64,000 nucleotides of DNA, taken from the NCBI RefSeq assembly GCF_000009045.1, contig NC_000964.3:2728001-2792000 (forward strand), in the 5' to 3' direction. Numbering within the stretch: position 1 is the first letter of the stretch; every line of letters begins with the position of its first letter. Shown piece by piece: positions 50,514 through 60,921 of this stretch. Origin of the DNA: Bacillus subtilis subsp. subtilis str. 168 (GTDB lineage Bacteria; Bacillota; Bacilli; Bacillales; Bacillaceae). The notes below the pieces were generated by a model. That model was not told the DNA's origin, did no database searches, and worked only from the letters and a program-made list of their open reading frames with translations. Both the position numbers and the translations under genes were made by a program.

Positions 50514-50540
50514 GACGGCAATGTATTGAAAAATGTTTCA
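50514..50540 (-). promoter_or_regulatory. ECF (sigmaW/M/X/V-type) promoter of yrhH
   Basis: TGAAAC-N17-CGTC with a T-tract. Confidence 0.8.
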
Positions 50541-50577
50541 ATAGAACTAAACTTTTTCATTTTTTTCCGAAAAAAAA

Positions 50578-50600
50578 GCAGAAAACATAATGTTTTCTGC
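50578..50600 (-). terminator. Terminator ending the yrzI micro-protein cluster
   Basis: GCAGAAAACA/TGTTTTCTGC plus T8 on the minus strand. Confidence 0.75.
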
Positions 50601-50607
50601 CCTCTTT

Positions 50608-50766
50608 CTAATGCCAATGATAAGGGAATACATACAGCCTTTGCTGCTGCATTGCCATCAGCCTCTGCTGTCGGAATGGATTTCCATAACCATGTTTGAA
50701 GGAATGCGGCATGGACGCATAACCATGGCCAATCGACGGCAGTCTTTTTTGATAATCGTTCATCAT
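50608..50766 (-). CDS. 52-aa His/Gly/Tyr/Gln-rich micro-protein
   Basis: SD AGGTGA; MMNDYQKRLPSIGHGYASMPHSFKHGYGNPFRQQRLMAMQQQRLYVFPYHWH*; directly followed by a terminator. Confidence 0.55.
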   Translation of the reverse strand: MMNDYQKRLPSIGHGYASMPHSFKHGYGNPFRQQRLMAMQQQRLYVFPYHWH

Positions 50767-50835
50767 GCCATCACCTGCCTCACAATAACGTTGATTTACT
50801 ATATGCAGGCGCGCATTTTCTTGACAGCTATTTCG

Positions 50836-50889
50836 CTAAACTTGGTCCTTCTCCATTGTATAATGCATCAATAGTTCCATTCTAAGCAT
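50836..50889 (-). CDS. 17-aa micro-ORF in frame with the 52-aa ORF
   Basis: SD GAAGGGGGA; MLRMELLMHYTMEKDQV*. Confidence 0.35.
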   Translation of the reverse strand: MLRMELLMHYTMEKDQV

Positions 50890-50922
50890 ATGCCATTCCC
50901 CCTTCAGTTTTTTTCGTTGCTT

Positions 50923-51072
50923 TTAGCGCCAGTTTGTTAAATAAAGATGCTTTAACTGAGACTCTTTCATTTCATCATAAATTTGTTCAATCTGCTGTTC
51001 TCGTTCGAATTCTTCCAGGCTTTTAAACCGTTTTTTAATCGTTAACGTTAAAAAGAATAGGTTAATCGTCAT
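50923..51072 (-). CDS. yrzI: 49-aa YrzI-family small protein
   Basis: SD AAAGGGGGTGA; MTINLFFLTLTIKKRFKSLEEFEREQQIEQIYDEMKESQLKHLYLTNWR*. Confidence 0.88.
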   Translation of the reverse strand: MTINLFFLTLTIKKRFKSLEEFEREQQIEQIYDEMKESQLKHLYLTNWR

Positions 51073-51112
51073 ATCGCTCACCCCCTTTCAAAGTCCGCAT
51101 CAAGCGAAATAA

Positions 51113-51196
51113 CCCGCGGCACAACCCTTCTGCCGCGGGCAAATAAAAACCGCAGACAAAAGAAGACACCAATGCCTCTACTGCCTGCGGGGAGTT
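51113..51196 (-). terminator. Tandem leader hairpins (attenuator terminator plus a second stem)
   Basis: CCGCAGGCA...TGTCTGCGG plus TTTTTATTT (51190-51150); CCCGCGGCA/TGCCGCGGG perfect 9-bp stem (51139-51113). Confidence 0.75.
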
Positions 51197-51219
51197 GCGT
51201 ATGTCCGACTATTCCGAAT

Positions 51220-51336
51220 TTAATGCGTGCGATAAGCATCGGTTAAGGAAGGACACGAACTCTTCCACAGGCTGAATAAACCATGAACTTTTACATGTGT
51301 ATCACGTACAGGTTGACGTCGTTGTCTCATTGTCAT
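51220..51336 (-). CDS. 38-aa leader peptide upstream of yrzI
   Basis: SD AAAGGAGG; MTMRQRRQPVRDTHVKVHGLFSLWKSSCPSLTDAYRTH*. Confidence 0.65.
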   Translation of the reverse strand: MTMRQRRQPVRDTHVKVHGLFSLWKSSCPSLTDAYRTH

Positions 51337-51373
51337 TTTGGTTCAGCCTCCTTTGCTTTTTTCTTACTTTGTA

Positions 51374-51402
51374 AGTATATCCACCAAATTCCATTTTGTA
51401 AA
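51374..51402 (-). promoter_or_regulatory. SigA promoter of the yrzI leader
   Basis: TTTACA-17-TATACT. Confidence 0.75.
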
Positions 51403-51461
51403 CATCTTTTTCTAAAAATGGACGGAAATTGTGCAAATCATCGAATGGATTTGCCCGTTGG

Positions 51462-52262
51462 TCATGACACCTGCTTCATTTCTTTTCTGGAGCGGTCTTT
51501 CTTATGATATGCAATAAAATAAATGAGACCGACAAATACAGCTCCGCCGATGACATTACCGATAAAAGCCGGAATGATGTTTCCGATGAACTGCCCCCAC
51601 GTGAATGAGCCTGCAAAAATGGCAGCAGGAATCACAAACATGTTGGCGACAACGTGCTGAAATCCGATAGCCACAAAAGCCATGATTGGGAACCAGATGC
51701 CAAGGATTTTTCCTGCTGCGTCTTGGGCGCCGAAAGAAAGCCACACTGCAAGACATACAAGCCAGTTACAGCCGATGGCGGAAATGAGAACCTTGCCAAA
51801 GCTCATATCAAGCTTTCCTTGGGCAACGGCAATCGTTTTTTCTAAATAAGGACCTGTTTCAGTCAATCCAACCAAATGCCCGAAAAAGTAAGCAACAAAC
51901 AATGCGCCGATTAAGTTCATAATTGTGACGATTCCCCAGTTAATCGCTAACTCTTTTACTGATATTTTTCTCGAAAATAACGCCATCGCAACTGACATCA
52001 TATTGCCTGTGATCAGTTCAGCGCCAGCGAGAACGACAAGGATCAGGCCGACTGGAAATACTGCTGCACCAATCAAACTGGACAGGCTCCCCCATTCTTT
52101 CGGAAGATCGCCAATTACCCTGATATCAAGCAAATACCCAAGCGCGATAAATGCACCGCCTAAAAACCCCAGCACAAGCAGTGACGGCAGCGGGAGCTTT
52201 ATTTTTTTCATCCCTGCTTCAATTGCTGCTTCCGCTATTTCATCCGGTTTTCGAAAAGCCAT
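51462..52262 (-). CDS. yrhG: Formate/nitrite transporter (FNT) family channel
   Basis: FPVGL, GAELITGN, AIGCNWLVC and GFQHVVANM motifs. Confidence 0.95.
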   Translation of the reverse strand: MAFRKPDEIAEAAIEAGMKKIKLPLPSLLVLGFLGGAFIALGYLLDIRVIGDLPKEWGSLSSLIGAAVFPVGLILVVLAGAELITGNMMSVAMALFSRKISVKELAINWGIVTIMNLIGALFVAYFFGHLVGLTETGPYLEKTIAVAQGKLDMSFGKVLISAIGCNWLVCLAVWLSFGAQDAAGKILGIWFPIMAFVAIGFQHVVANMFVIPAAIFAGSFTWGQFIGNIIPAFIGNVIGGAVFVGLIYFIAYHKKDRSRKEMKQVS

Positions 52263-52321
52263 AATAAAACGCCTCCATTACTTCTTCTTTTCTCACAGTT
52301 ATGCAAGAAAGGCAATAAAAA

Positions 52322-52370
52322 AGGCAGCACTCAAATAACCTGTGTCAAACCAGGCGTTTGAATGCTGCCT
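52322..52370 (-). terminator. Long terminator-like hairpin in front of yrhG
   Basis: AGGCAGCA/TGCTGCCT outer stem, TCAAA/TTTGA and CCTG/CAGG inner stems; T-run follows on the minus strand. Confidence 0.6.
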
Positions 52371-52524
52371 AACTTGTATGCATACCCATACAACAATATC
52401 AAGCAGTATATAAGATATTGAAAGAGAATATATACAGTTCGTGCATACATTCCATTGCTTTAGCCTTCTATAACTGTAGCAACATCATATCAAATGTGAC
52501 AAATTTGTGTCAATGACAAATATA

Positions 52525-52893
52525 CTAGCTTTGCAGAGCTTCTTTTTGCTCATCTATTTTTCGGTCAAAAACAAATACAGATACAGCGATGTTTTCCTCA
52601 ATTTTAATATCAGAAAACAAATGGACTAGCTTAGCTCCCATAAGTTCCTCCATTCCTTCCGGTGTTTGTTTGGAATAAAGGTCTTGAATTAGGCTTGTCC
52701 GGGCCGCATGTACCATCTCTCTTCCTTCAGGCGTGCGGGCAATAAACTGCTCGCTTGCACTCAGATTTCCGTATAGTGTTGAAACTGCCATGTTTTCTAC
52801 AAATACAGTATGAATTCTCTCAGGCCCTTTTCCGAACAATTCTTTGCGAAGTTTTCGAATAATATCATTGAATTCATGAATTTTTTTAGACAT
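52525..52893 (-). CDS. yrhF: DUF2294/MpsC-like protein
   Basis: KELFGKGPE...LSASE...R..L...HLFSDIKIE...VFVFD pattern. Confidence 0.8.
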   Translation of the reverse strand: MSKKIHEFNDIIRKLRKELFGKGPERIHTVFVENMAVSTLYGNLSASEQFIARTPEGREMVHAARTSLIQDLYSKQTPEGMEELMGAKLVHLFSDIKIEENIAVSVFVFDRKIDEQKEALQS

Positions 52894-53208
52894 GCTGATT
52901 ACCCCTTCCGATATTGCCTTATAAAGGCTTTTCCCGGTTCCCCTCAGGACATTTCACTTGGTTAAAATTTTCCTGCCATATTGTATTATAATAAATATCA
53001 CATTATAATAAAAGCAGTGTTGATGGATTTGTAATAGGATCTTGTTATGAGTCTATCGTTTTATAAAAATCAAGGATTGGTCTGTTAGTAAGACTTGCTA
53101 GTGAACTATTCCGCCATGTGTGTTTACACCTTCTTAGAATTAAGGGCAGGTGTATCTATACATGGCTTTTTTTGACTTCTTGAAAGAAAGATGGAGGGGA
53201 ATATGAAT

Positions 53209-56151
53209 ATGATGGACGTTAAGTCGATCAGTGTCCGTGTAGACGGAACAGAAATTCAAGCACGAGCAGGGGCCACAATTTTAGATATTTTAAATGAAAA
53301 CGGAATTGAGTACCCGCAGATTTGCCACGTACCAGAGGTTGACCCGATTCAAACTTGTGATACTTGCATAGTAGAGGCAAACGGCAAGCTGGTTCGTTCA
53401 TGCGCGACGGTTGCAGAAAACGGGATGTCTATTGATCTTTCAGGAAATCGAGTGAAAGAAGCGCAAACCGAAGCGATGGACCGCCTTCTTGAAAATCATT
53501 TGCTGTATTGTACAGTTTGCGATAACAACAATGGAAACTGTACGCTGCATAATACAGCGGAAATGATGGGGATCGAGCATCAAAAATACCCATACACGCC
53601 AAAAGAAGATCCTTCTTGCGCGGTTGATATGTCTCATCCTTTTTACCGCTATGATCCAAACCAATGTATTGCCTGCGGCCAGTGTGTTGAGGTCTGTCAA
53701 AACCTTCAGGTAAATGAAACACTCTCAATCGACTGGGAACGCGAACGCCCTCGCGTCATTTGGGATGAGGGAGTTCCGATCAATGAATCTTCCTGTGTCA
53801 GCTGCGGTCAGTGTGTAACAGTATGTCCATGTAATGCACTGATGGAAAAATCAATGCTCGGGCAGGCTGGTTTTATGACAGGCATTAAAGAGGACGTCAT
53901 GGAACCGATGATTGATCTCGTGAAAAATGTTGAACCGGGGTATGGCAGCATTTTTGCCATTTCTGAAGTCGAAGCGGCAATGCGTGAAACGAGAACGAAA
54001 AAAACGAAAACTGTATGTACGTTCTGCGGTGTCGGATGTTCATTTGAAGTATGGACAAAAGGACGGGATATTTTAAAGATCCAGCCTGTTTCTGATGCTC
54101 CGGTTAACGCAATTTCCACATGTGTCAAAGGGAAATTCGGCTGGGATTTTGTCAATTCAAAAGAGCGGATCACAAAGCCTTTAATCCGTAAAAACGGAGC
54201 CTTTGTGGAATCTTCTTGGGAAGAAGCCCTCGATCTTGTCGCAAGCAGATTAGGATCAATTAAAGAGCAGTACGGTAAAGGCTCTGTAGGGTTTATTTCT
54301 TCTTCTAAAATTACGAATGAAGAAAACTACGTCATTCAAAAACTAGCGCGTCAGGTATTTGAAACAAACAACGTCGATAACTGCTCACGCTACTGCCAGT
54401 CTCCTGCTACAGACGGATTGTTCCGCACTGTCGGCATGGGCGGTGACGCCGGCACGATTAAAGATATTGCCAAAGCAGGCCTGGTCATCATTGTCGGTGC
54501 CAATCCGGCGGAAGGACACCCAGTGCTCGCAACACGCGTCAAACGGGCACACAAGCTCCACGGTCAAAAACTGATTGTTGCTGACCTGCGTAAAAATGAG
54601 ATGGCTGAGCGATCTGATCTGTTCATCAGCCCTAAACAAGGCACAGACCAAGTTTGGCTGATGGCTGTTACGAAATATATGATCGACCAAGGCTGGCACG
54701 ATCAGGCGTTTATTGATGAGAACGTCAATTACTTTGAAGATTATAAAGAAACCCTTAAAACGTATACGCTTGATTATGCAGAACGCATCACAGGCCTTTC
54801 AAAAGAAAACATCATTCAAATTGCTGAAATGATTCGTGATGCTGACGGCACTTGTGTCCTTTGGGGAATGGGTGTCACACAAAATACAGGCGGTTCTGAT
54901 ACATCAGCAGCCATTTCAAACCTGCTTCTCGCTACGGGCAACTATCGCCGTCCAGGTGCCGGCGCTTATCCTCTGCGCGGACACAATAACGTGCAAGGCG
55001 CATGTGATATGGGAACATTGCCTGGCTGGCTGCCGGGATATCAGCATATTACAGATGACAAAGCACGCGCTAAATTTGAAGAGGCATATGGTGTCGAGAT
55101 TGATGGAAAGCCTGGTTTAGATAATATTCAAATGCTTCATGCCATTGAAGAAGGAAAAATGAAAGCTATGTATCTTGTCGGTGAGGATATGGCACTGGTC
55201 GATTCAAACGCGAACCATGTGCATGATATTTTATCAAGCCTTGATTTCTTCGTGGTACAGGACATCTTCCTGTCAAGAACAGCTCAATATGCTGATGTCG
55301 TCTTGCCGGCCACTCCTTCACTTGAAAAAGACGGAACATTTACCAACACAGAACGCCGTGTCCAGCGATTGTATCAGGCGCTTCCGACGCTTGGTGACGC
55401 AAAACCGGACTGGTGGATTATTCAAGAGGTGGCAAACCGTTTAGGAGCGAATTGGAATTACAGCCATCCAAGTGACATTTTCTCTGAAATGGCGAGTCTT
55501 TCTCCTCTGTTTGCCAAAGCAAGCTATGAGGTGCTTGAAGGCTGGAACAGCTTCCTATGGGGCAGCTTCACAGGTGAAAGCACACCGCTTCTGTATGAAG
55601 ACGGATTTAATTTCCCTGACAAAAAAGCCCGCTTTGCCCTTTCTGATTGGACCGAGCCAGCGGCATTTCCGGAGGAATATGACCTTCATATCAATAACGG
55701 CCGGATGCTGGAGCATTTCCACGAAGGAAACATGACAAATAAATCGAAAGGCATCCAAGCGAAAGTGCCGAATGTATTCGTTGAGATCTCACCTGAGCTT
55801 GCACAAGAGCGAGGTGTTTGTGACGGTTCGCTTGTACGGCTCGTTTCTCCGTTCGGAGCAGTCAAATTGAACGCGCTGATCACAGACCGGGTACGGAAAA
55901 ATGAACTCTATTTGCCAATGAACTCGACAGACAAGGAGTCAGCGATTAACTTCTTGACGGGCCCTGCAGCTGATAAACGGACGAACACGCCTGCTTATAA
56001 ACAGACAAAGGTCCGCATGGAAGTGCTTGGCGGCTGTGAAACAGCGCCGCTTCCAAAAACAAATCCGCGCAACAAAAAACGGCATCCGCAAAACGGAGTC
56101 GAAGCAGAAAGAAAATGGAACCGCCCTGGCTATGTACATCTGACTGATTAA
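53209..56151 (+). CDS. yrhE: Molybdopterin formate dehydrogenase alpha subunit (Cys ligand), with N-terminal Fe-S domains
   Basis: 2Fe-2S (CHVP..CDTC), 4Fe-4S (CIACGQCVEVC, CVSCGQCVTVC, CTFCGVGC), NCSRYCQ, LRGHNNVQG. Confidence 0.95.
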   Translation: MMDVKSISVRVDGTEIQARAGATILDILNENGIEYPQICHVPEVDPIQTCDTCIVEANGKLVRSCATVAENGMSIDLSGNRVKEAQTEAMDRLLENHLLYCTVCDNNNGNCTLHNTAEMMGIEHQKYPYTPKEDPSCAVDMSHPFYRYDPNQCIACGQCVEVCQNLQVNETLSIDWERERPRVIWDEGVPINESSCVSCGQCVTVCPCNALMEKSMLGQAGFMTGIKEDVMEPMIDLVKNVEPGYGSIFAISEVEAAMRETRTKKTKTVCTFCGVGCSFEVWTKGRDILKIQPVSDAPVNAISTCVKGKFGWDFVNSKERITKPLIRKNGAFVESSWEEALDLVASRLGSIKEQYGKGSVGFISSSKITNEENYVIQKLARQVFETNNVDNCSRYCQSPATDGLFRTVGMGGDAGTIKDIAKAGLVIIVGANPAEGHPVLATRVKRAHKLHGQKLIVADLRKNEMAERSDLFISPKQGTDQVWLMAVTKYMIDQGWHDQAFIDENVNYFEDYKETLKTYTLDYAERITGLSKENIIQIAEMIRDADGTCVLWGMGVTQNTGGSDTSAAISNLLLATGNYRRPGAGAYPLRGHNNVQGACDMGTLPGWLPGYQHITDDKARAKFEEAYGVEIDGKPGLDNIQMLHAIEEGKMKAMYLVGEDMALVDSNANHVHDILSSLDFFVVQDIFLSRTAQYADVVLPATPSLEKDGTFTNTERRVQRLYQALPTLGDAKPDWWIIQEVANRLGANWNYSHPSDIFSEMASLSPLFAKASYEVLEGWNSFLWGSFTGESTPLLYEDGFNFPDKKARFALSDWTEPAAFPEEYDLHINNGRMLEHFHEGNMTNKSKGIQAKVPNVFVEISPELAQERGVCDGSLVRLVSPFGAVKLNALITDRVRKNELYLPMNSTDKESAINFLTGPAADKRTNTPAYKQTKVRMEVLGGCETAPLPKTNPRNKKRHPQNGVEAERKWNRPGYVHLTD

Positions 56152-56169
56152 ACGATAGGAGGAAAACGA

Positions 56170-56652
56170 ATGGCCACTCCGATTACGACGATCAAAAAAG
56201 AAACAAAAACAGCTGAGCAAATTAAGCTTGAAAAAATAGAAGAACTGAAAGAGCTGCTGGCGGAAAATGAGGACGCCGTCTCTAAAACGATGACGTTAAT
56301 GAATGAACTCAATGATCTTGGAATTTTTGATGCGGCAACAAGCATGCTCAGAGCGAAGGAAGACATTGCCAAGATTGCGCTTGGCCAAGTTTCCCGCGAG
56401 CCTGTCACCAACCTCATCAACACGATGATGGCCGCCGGAGGCGCATTGACAAAAGCCGATCCTGAGTTTACAGCAAAGCTTTTAGAAAGCGTAATGGCTG
56501 GGACTGAACAGGCACAAAGCTTTTTAAAAGAAGACAAGAAAGTCGGGATTCTCGACCTGTTAAAAGCAATGAACGATCCTGACATCAACAGAGCCGTCGG
56601 GTTCGGCCTTCAGTTTTTAAAAGGCATGGGAAAAGAACTTCGAGAACAATAA
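56170..56652 (+). CDS. yrhD: DUF1641-family protein, FDH-associated
   Basis: C-terminal GILDLLKAMNDPDINRAVGF..FLKGMG. Confidence 0.85.
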   Translation: MATPITTIKKETKTAEQIKLEKIEELKELLAENEDAVSKTMTLMNELNDLGIFDAATSMLRAKEDIAKIALGQVSREPVTNLINTMMAAGGALTKADPEFTAKLLESVMAGTEQAQSFLKEDKKVGILDLLKAMNDPDINRAVGFGLQFLKGMGKELREQ

Positions 56653-56655
56653 CAG

Positions 56656-56689
56656 AAAAACAGCCATCTCTGATGATGGCTGTTTTTTT
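56656..56689. terminator. Bidirectional terminator between yrhD and yrhC
   Basis: AAAAACAGCCATC/GATGGCTGTTTTT. Confidence 0.8.
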
Positions 56690-56918
56690 ATTCGTCGGCT
56701 TCTTCCAGACGCTTCTTGTAAATAAGTGAACGGTCAGCGCAAAAGAAGGCACCGGCTAAAAATACGCAATCCGCTAAAAACATCGTCGATTTCTGGCCTA
56801 ATGTTAAGCCTTGATCAGGGAGAACTGCGCCTATATATAAAAAAGTGCTGACTGCAAGCAATGTAAAAGCAAAATGCTTGTAGTCTTCTTTTAAAGATTT
56901 CATTCTATTTTTGTTCAA
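56688..56918 (-). CDS. yrhC: YrhC-family small membrane protein
   Basis: DYKHFAFTLLAVSTFLYIG; two TM segments; TTG start after AGGTG. Confidence 0.8.
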   Translation of the reverse strand: MNKNRMKSLKEDYKHFAFTLLAVSTFLYIGAVLPDQGLTLGQKSTMFLADCVFLAGAFFCADRSLIYKKRLEEADE

Positions 56919-57000
56919 AAGAATCACCTGCCAGATTCATAGTATACGACTATTATAATATAATCCGGCGGCTTACAGAGAAAGTAATTCTATCCATTTG

Positions 57001-59065
<2,065 letters not shown>

Positions 59066-59129
59066 ATATGTCCTCCTCCTTAATAGAGGTTGTTTTTAGA
59101 GAAAAACGGAGGAGAACGTTCTCCCCGTT

Positions 59130-59825
59130 TTAATGAATTCGTTTGATCACCTTTAACACAAGCTCTGTTGAATGAACAGCCGCCTGCTCTAAAAATTGGT
59201 CAAATGAAACATGTGATTCTTTGCCTGCGATATCTGATAACGCTCTGATGACGACAAACGGCGTTTTAAATTGATGGCATACTTGAGCCACTGCCGCAGC
59301 CTCCATTTCAACCGCGTACAGATCAGAAAATCTCGCACGCACCTCTTCAACCCGCTTCGGATCGTTCATGAAAGAATCGCCTGTTGCAATCGTTCCTTTT
59401 GCAACCTGAATGCCGTCGAGTTCAGATACCGCTTCTTCAGTGATGCTGATCAGCTTTTCATCCGCCGCATAAGCAGCCGGAAGACCCGGCACTTGGCCGT
59501 ATTCATAGTCAAAAGCCGTTACGTCTACATCATGGTGGCGAACGTCAGTGGAAATGACGACATCCCCTACATTCAATGTATGATGAAATCCGCCGGCTGA
59601 GCCTGTGTTAATGACATAATCAGGCTTGTAACGGTCAAGCAGAAGCGTCGTGCTGATAGCAGCATTTACTTTTCCAATTCCTGATTTTAAAAGAATCACT
59701 TCAGTTCCTTCATATTCGCCTGTTGTAAATTCACAGTGTGCGATCGTTTCTGTTTTTGCATTTTCAAGTTTGTTTCTTAAGATGGTAACTTCCTCTTCCA
59801 TTGCTCCGATGACTGCTAGTCTCAT
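59130..59825 (-). CDS. mtnN: MTA/SAH nucleosidase
   Basis: [23 protein letters not shown] and RALSD motifs. Confidence 0.97.
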   Translation of the reverse strand: MRLAVIGAMEEEVTILRNKLENAKTETIAHCEFTTGEYEGTEVILLKSGIGKVNAAISTTLLLDRYKPDYVINTGSAGGFHHTLNVGDVVISTDVRHHDVDVTAFDYEYGQVPGLPAAYAADEKLISITEEAVSELDGIQVAKGTIATGDSFMNDPKRVEEVRARFSDLYAVEMEAAAVAQVCHQFKTPFVVIRALSDIAGKESHVSFDQFLEQAAVHSTELVLKVIKRIH

Positions 59826-59845
59826 CTATTCACATTCCCTTCACT

Positions 59846-60487
59846 TTACCGTTTGATCGCCTCCATTATCCACACGAAGTCGTTTTGCTGAGTGAATCGG
59901 ACTGCAAAACCTTCAGCTGTAAACATTTCTTTCAACGCATCCAATGTAGGATAATGCTCTGTCTCTAAATCATTTGCAAGCTGATAAAAGCCTTGAGAAC
60001 GGGCTTTATCGATAGCCTGTTGATACGCTTGCGCATTTTCAAAGACGGTATCGGCAAACACTATTTTATCATGCAAGTGAAGGTATTTGCCATATTGCTT
60101 TATGGCAGCCCGCTTTTCTTCGTCAGTCAAATGATGAAAAGCATATGAACTGACAATCGTATCAGCCTGAAATGGCGGCTCAGGGAATGTCAGGAAGTCT
60201 CCATCAACGATTTCCGTCCTGCCTGAGAGCTTGTCAGAAGCCAGTTTACGCATTGCTGGAGAAGGTTCGATTCCAAATACAGTTTTGCCTGCATCGAGCA
60301 GCTTAGCTGTCAAATTCCCGGTCCCCGGGCCAAATTCTAACACATGCGTTCCAGATTTTCTGACGATGGCATCAAGGATATGATCGTAGCCTCTGAACGC
60401 TTCTTTATACTGAATATCTAAACCTTGTACTGTTTGATCATAAGTTGCTGCCCAATCTTCAAAGAGAGGGATAAATTCACGGCCCAT
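59846..60487 (-). CDS. yrrT: SAM-dependent methyltransferase
   Basis: VLEFGPGTG; SSYAFHHL. Confidence 0.92.
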   Translation of the reverse strand: MGREFIPLFEDWAATYDQTVQGLDIQYKEAFRGYDHILDAIVRKSGTHVLEFGPGTGNLTAKLLDAGKTVFGIEPSPAMRKLASDKLSGRTEIVDGDFLTFPEPPFQADTIVSSYAFHHLTDEEKRAAIKQYGKYLHLHDKIVFADTVFENAQAYQQAIDKARSQGFYQLANDLETEHYPTLDALKEMFTAEGFAVRFTQQNDFVWIMEAIKR

Positions 60488-60509
60488 ATTTGTCACACTC
60501 CATATTTAA

Positions 60510-60535
60510 TAATTCCTATAAGTATACTATGGATT
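60510..60535. promoter_or_regulatory. Candidate CymR operator upstream of the yrrT-mtnN-mccAB operon
   Basis: Imperfect inverted repeat AATTCCTATA...TATGGATT; operon function (Met to Cys) fits CymR control. Confidence 0.5.
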
Positions 60536-60679
60536 AATGATGGAACAGTTCCTATAATACCACATATTCTGAAAAGCAGGTACTAAAACACTTTGTGTAT
60601 TTTATGCCATCTCATATTGCGCATTGACCGCAAAAAAGCTTATACTTCATATGACTTGTGAAAGCTGGAGGGTCAAGAC

Positions 60680-60883
60680 ATGAATTTTCAATTAGATCTG
60701 ATTAAAGACAAAGTGGAATTTTTTGAAGCGGCTTCATTGCAGGAGCTTGAAAAGAAAATCAATACACAAATTGAAAACAATAAAGCCATCATGCTCCGGG
60801 TGAAATCTGTTTCACACCAAACTCTTGTGGCAGAAGGAAGAATATTGTACAGCGCGGTGGTTCATTTCTCAGCTGAAGCCTAA
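60680..60883 (+). CDS. yrzA: YrzA-family small protein
   Basis: 67 aa, GGAGGG SD, own terminator. Confidence 0.85.
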   Translation: MNFQLDLIKDKVEFFEAASLQELEKKINTQIENNKAIMLRVKSVSHQTLVAEGRILYSAVVHFSAEA

Positions 60884-60921
60884 AACAAAAGCAGCCGGTT
60901 TTAACCCGGCTGCTTTTGTTT
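60884..60921. terminator. Bidirectional terminator between yrzA and yrrS
   Basis: AACAAAAGCAGCCGG/CCGGCTGCTTTTGTT. Confidence 0.85.

Noticed and set aside
50590-50874. 94-aa plus-strand ORF
   Set aside because: No SD; it is the antisense shadow of the SD-equipped minus-strand micro-ORFs
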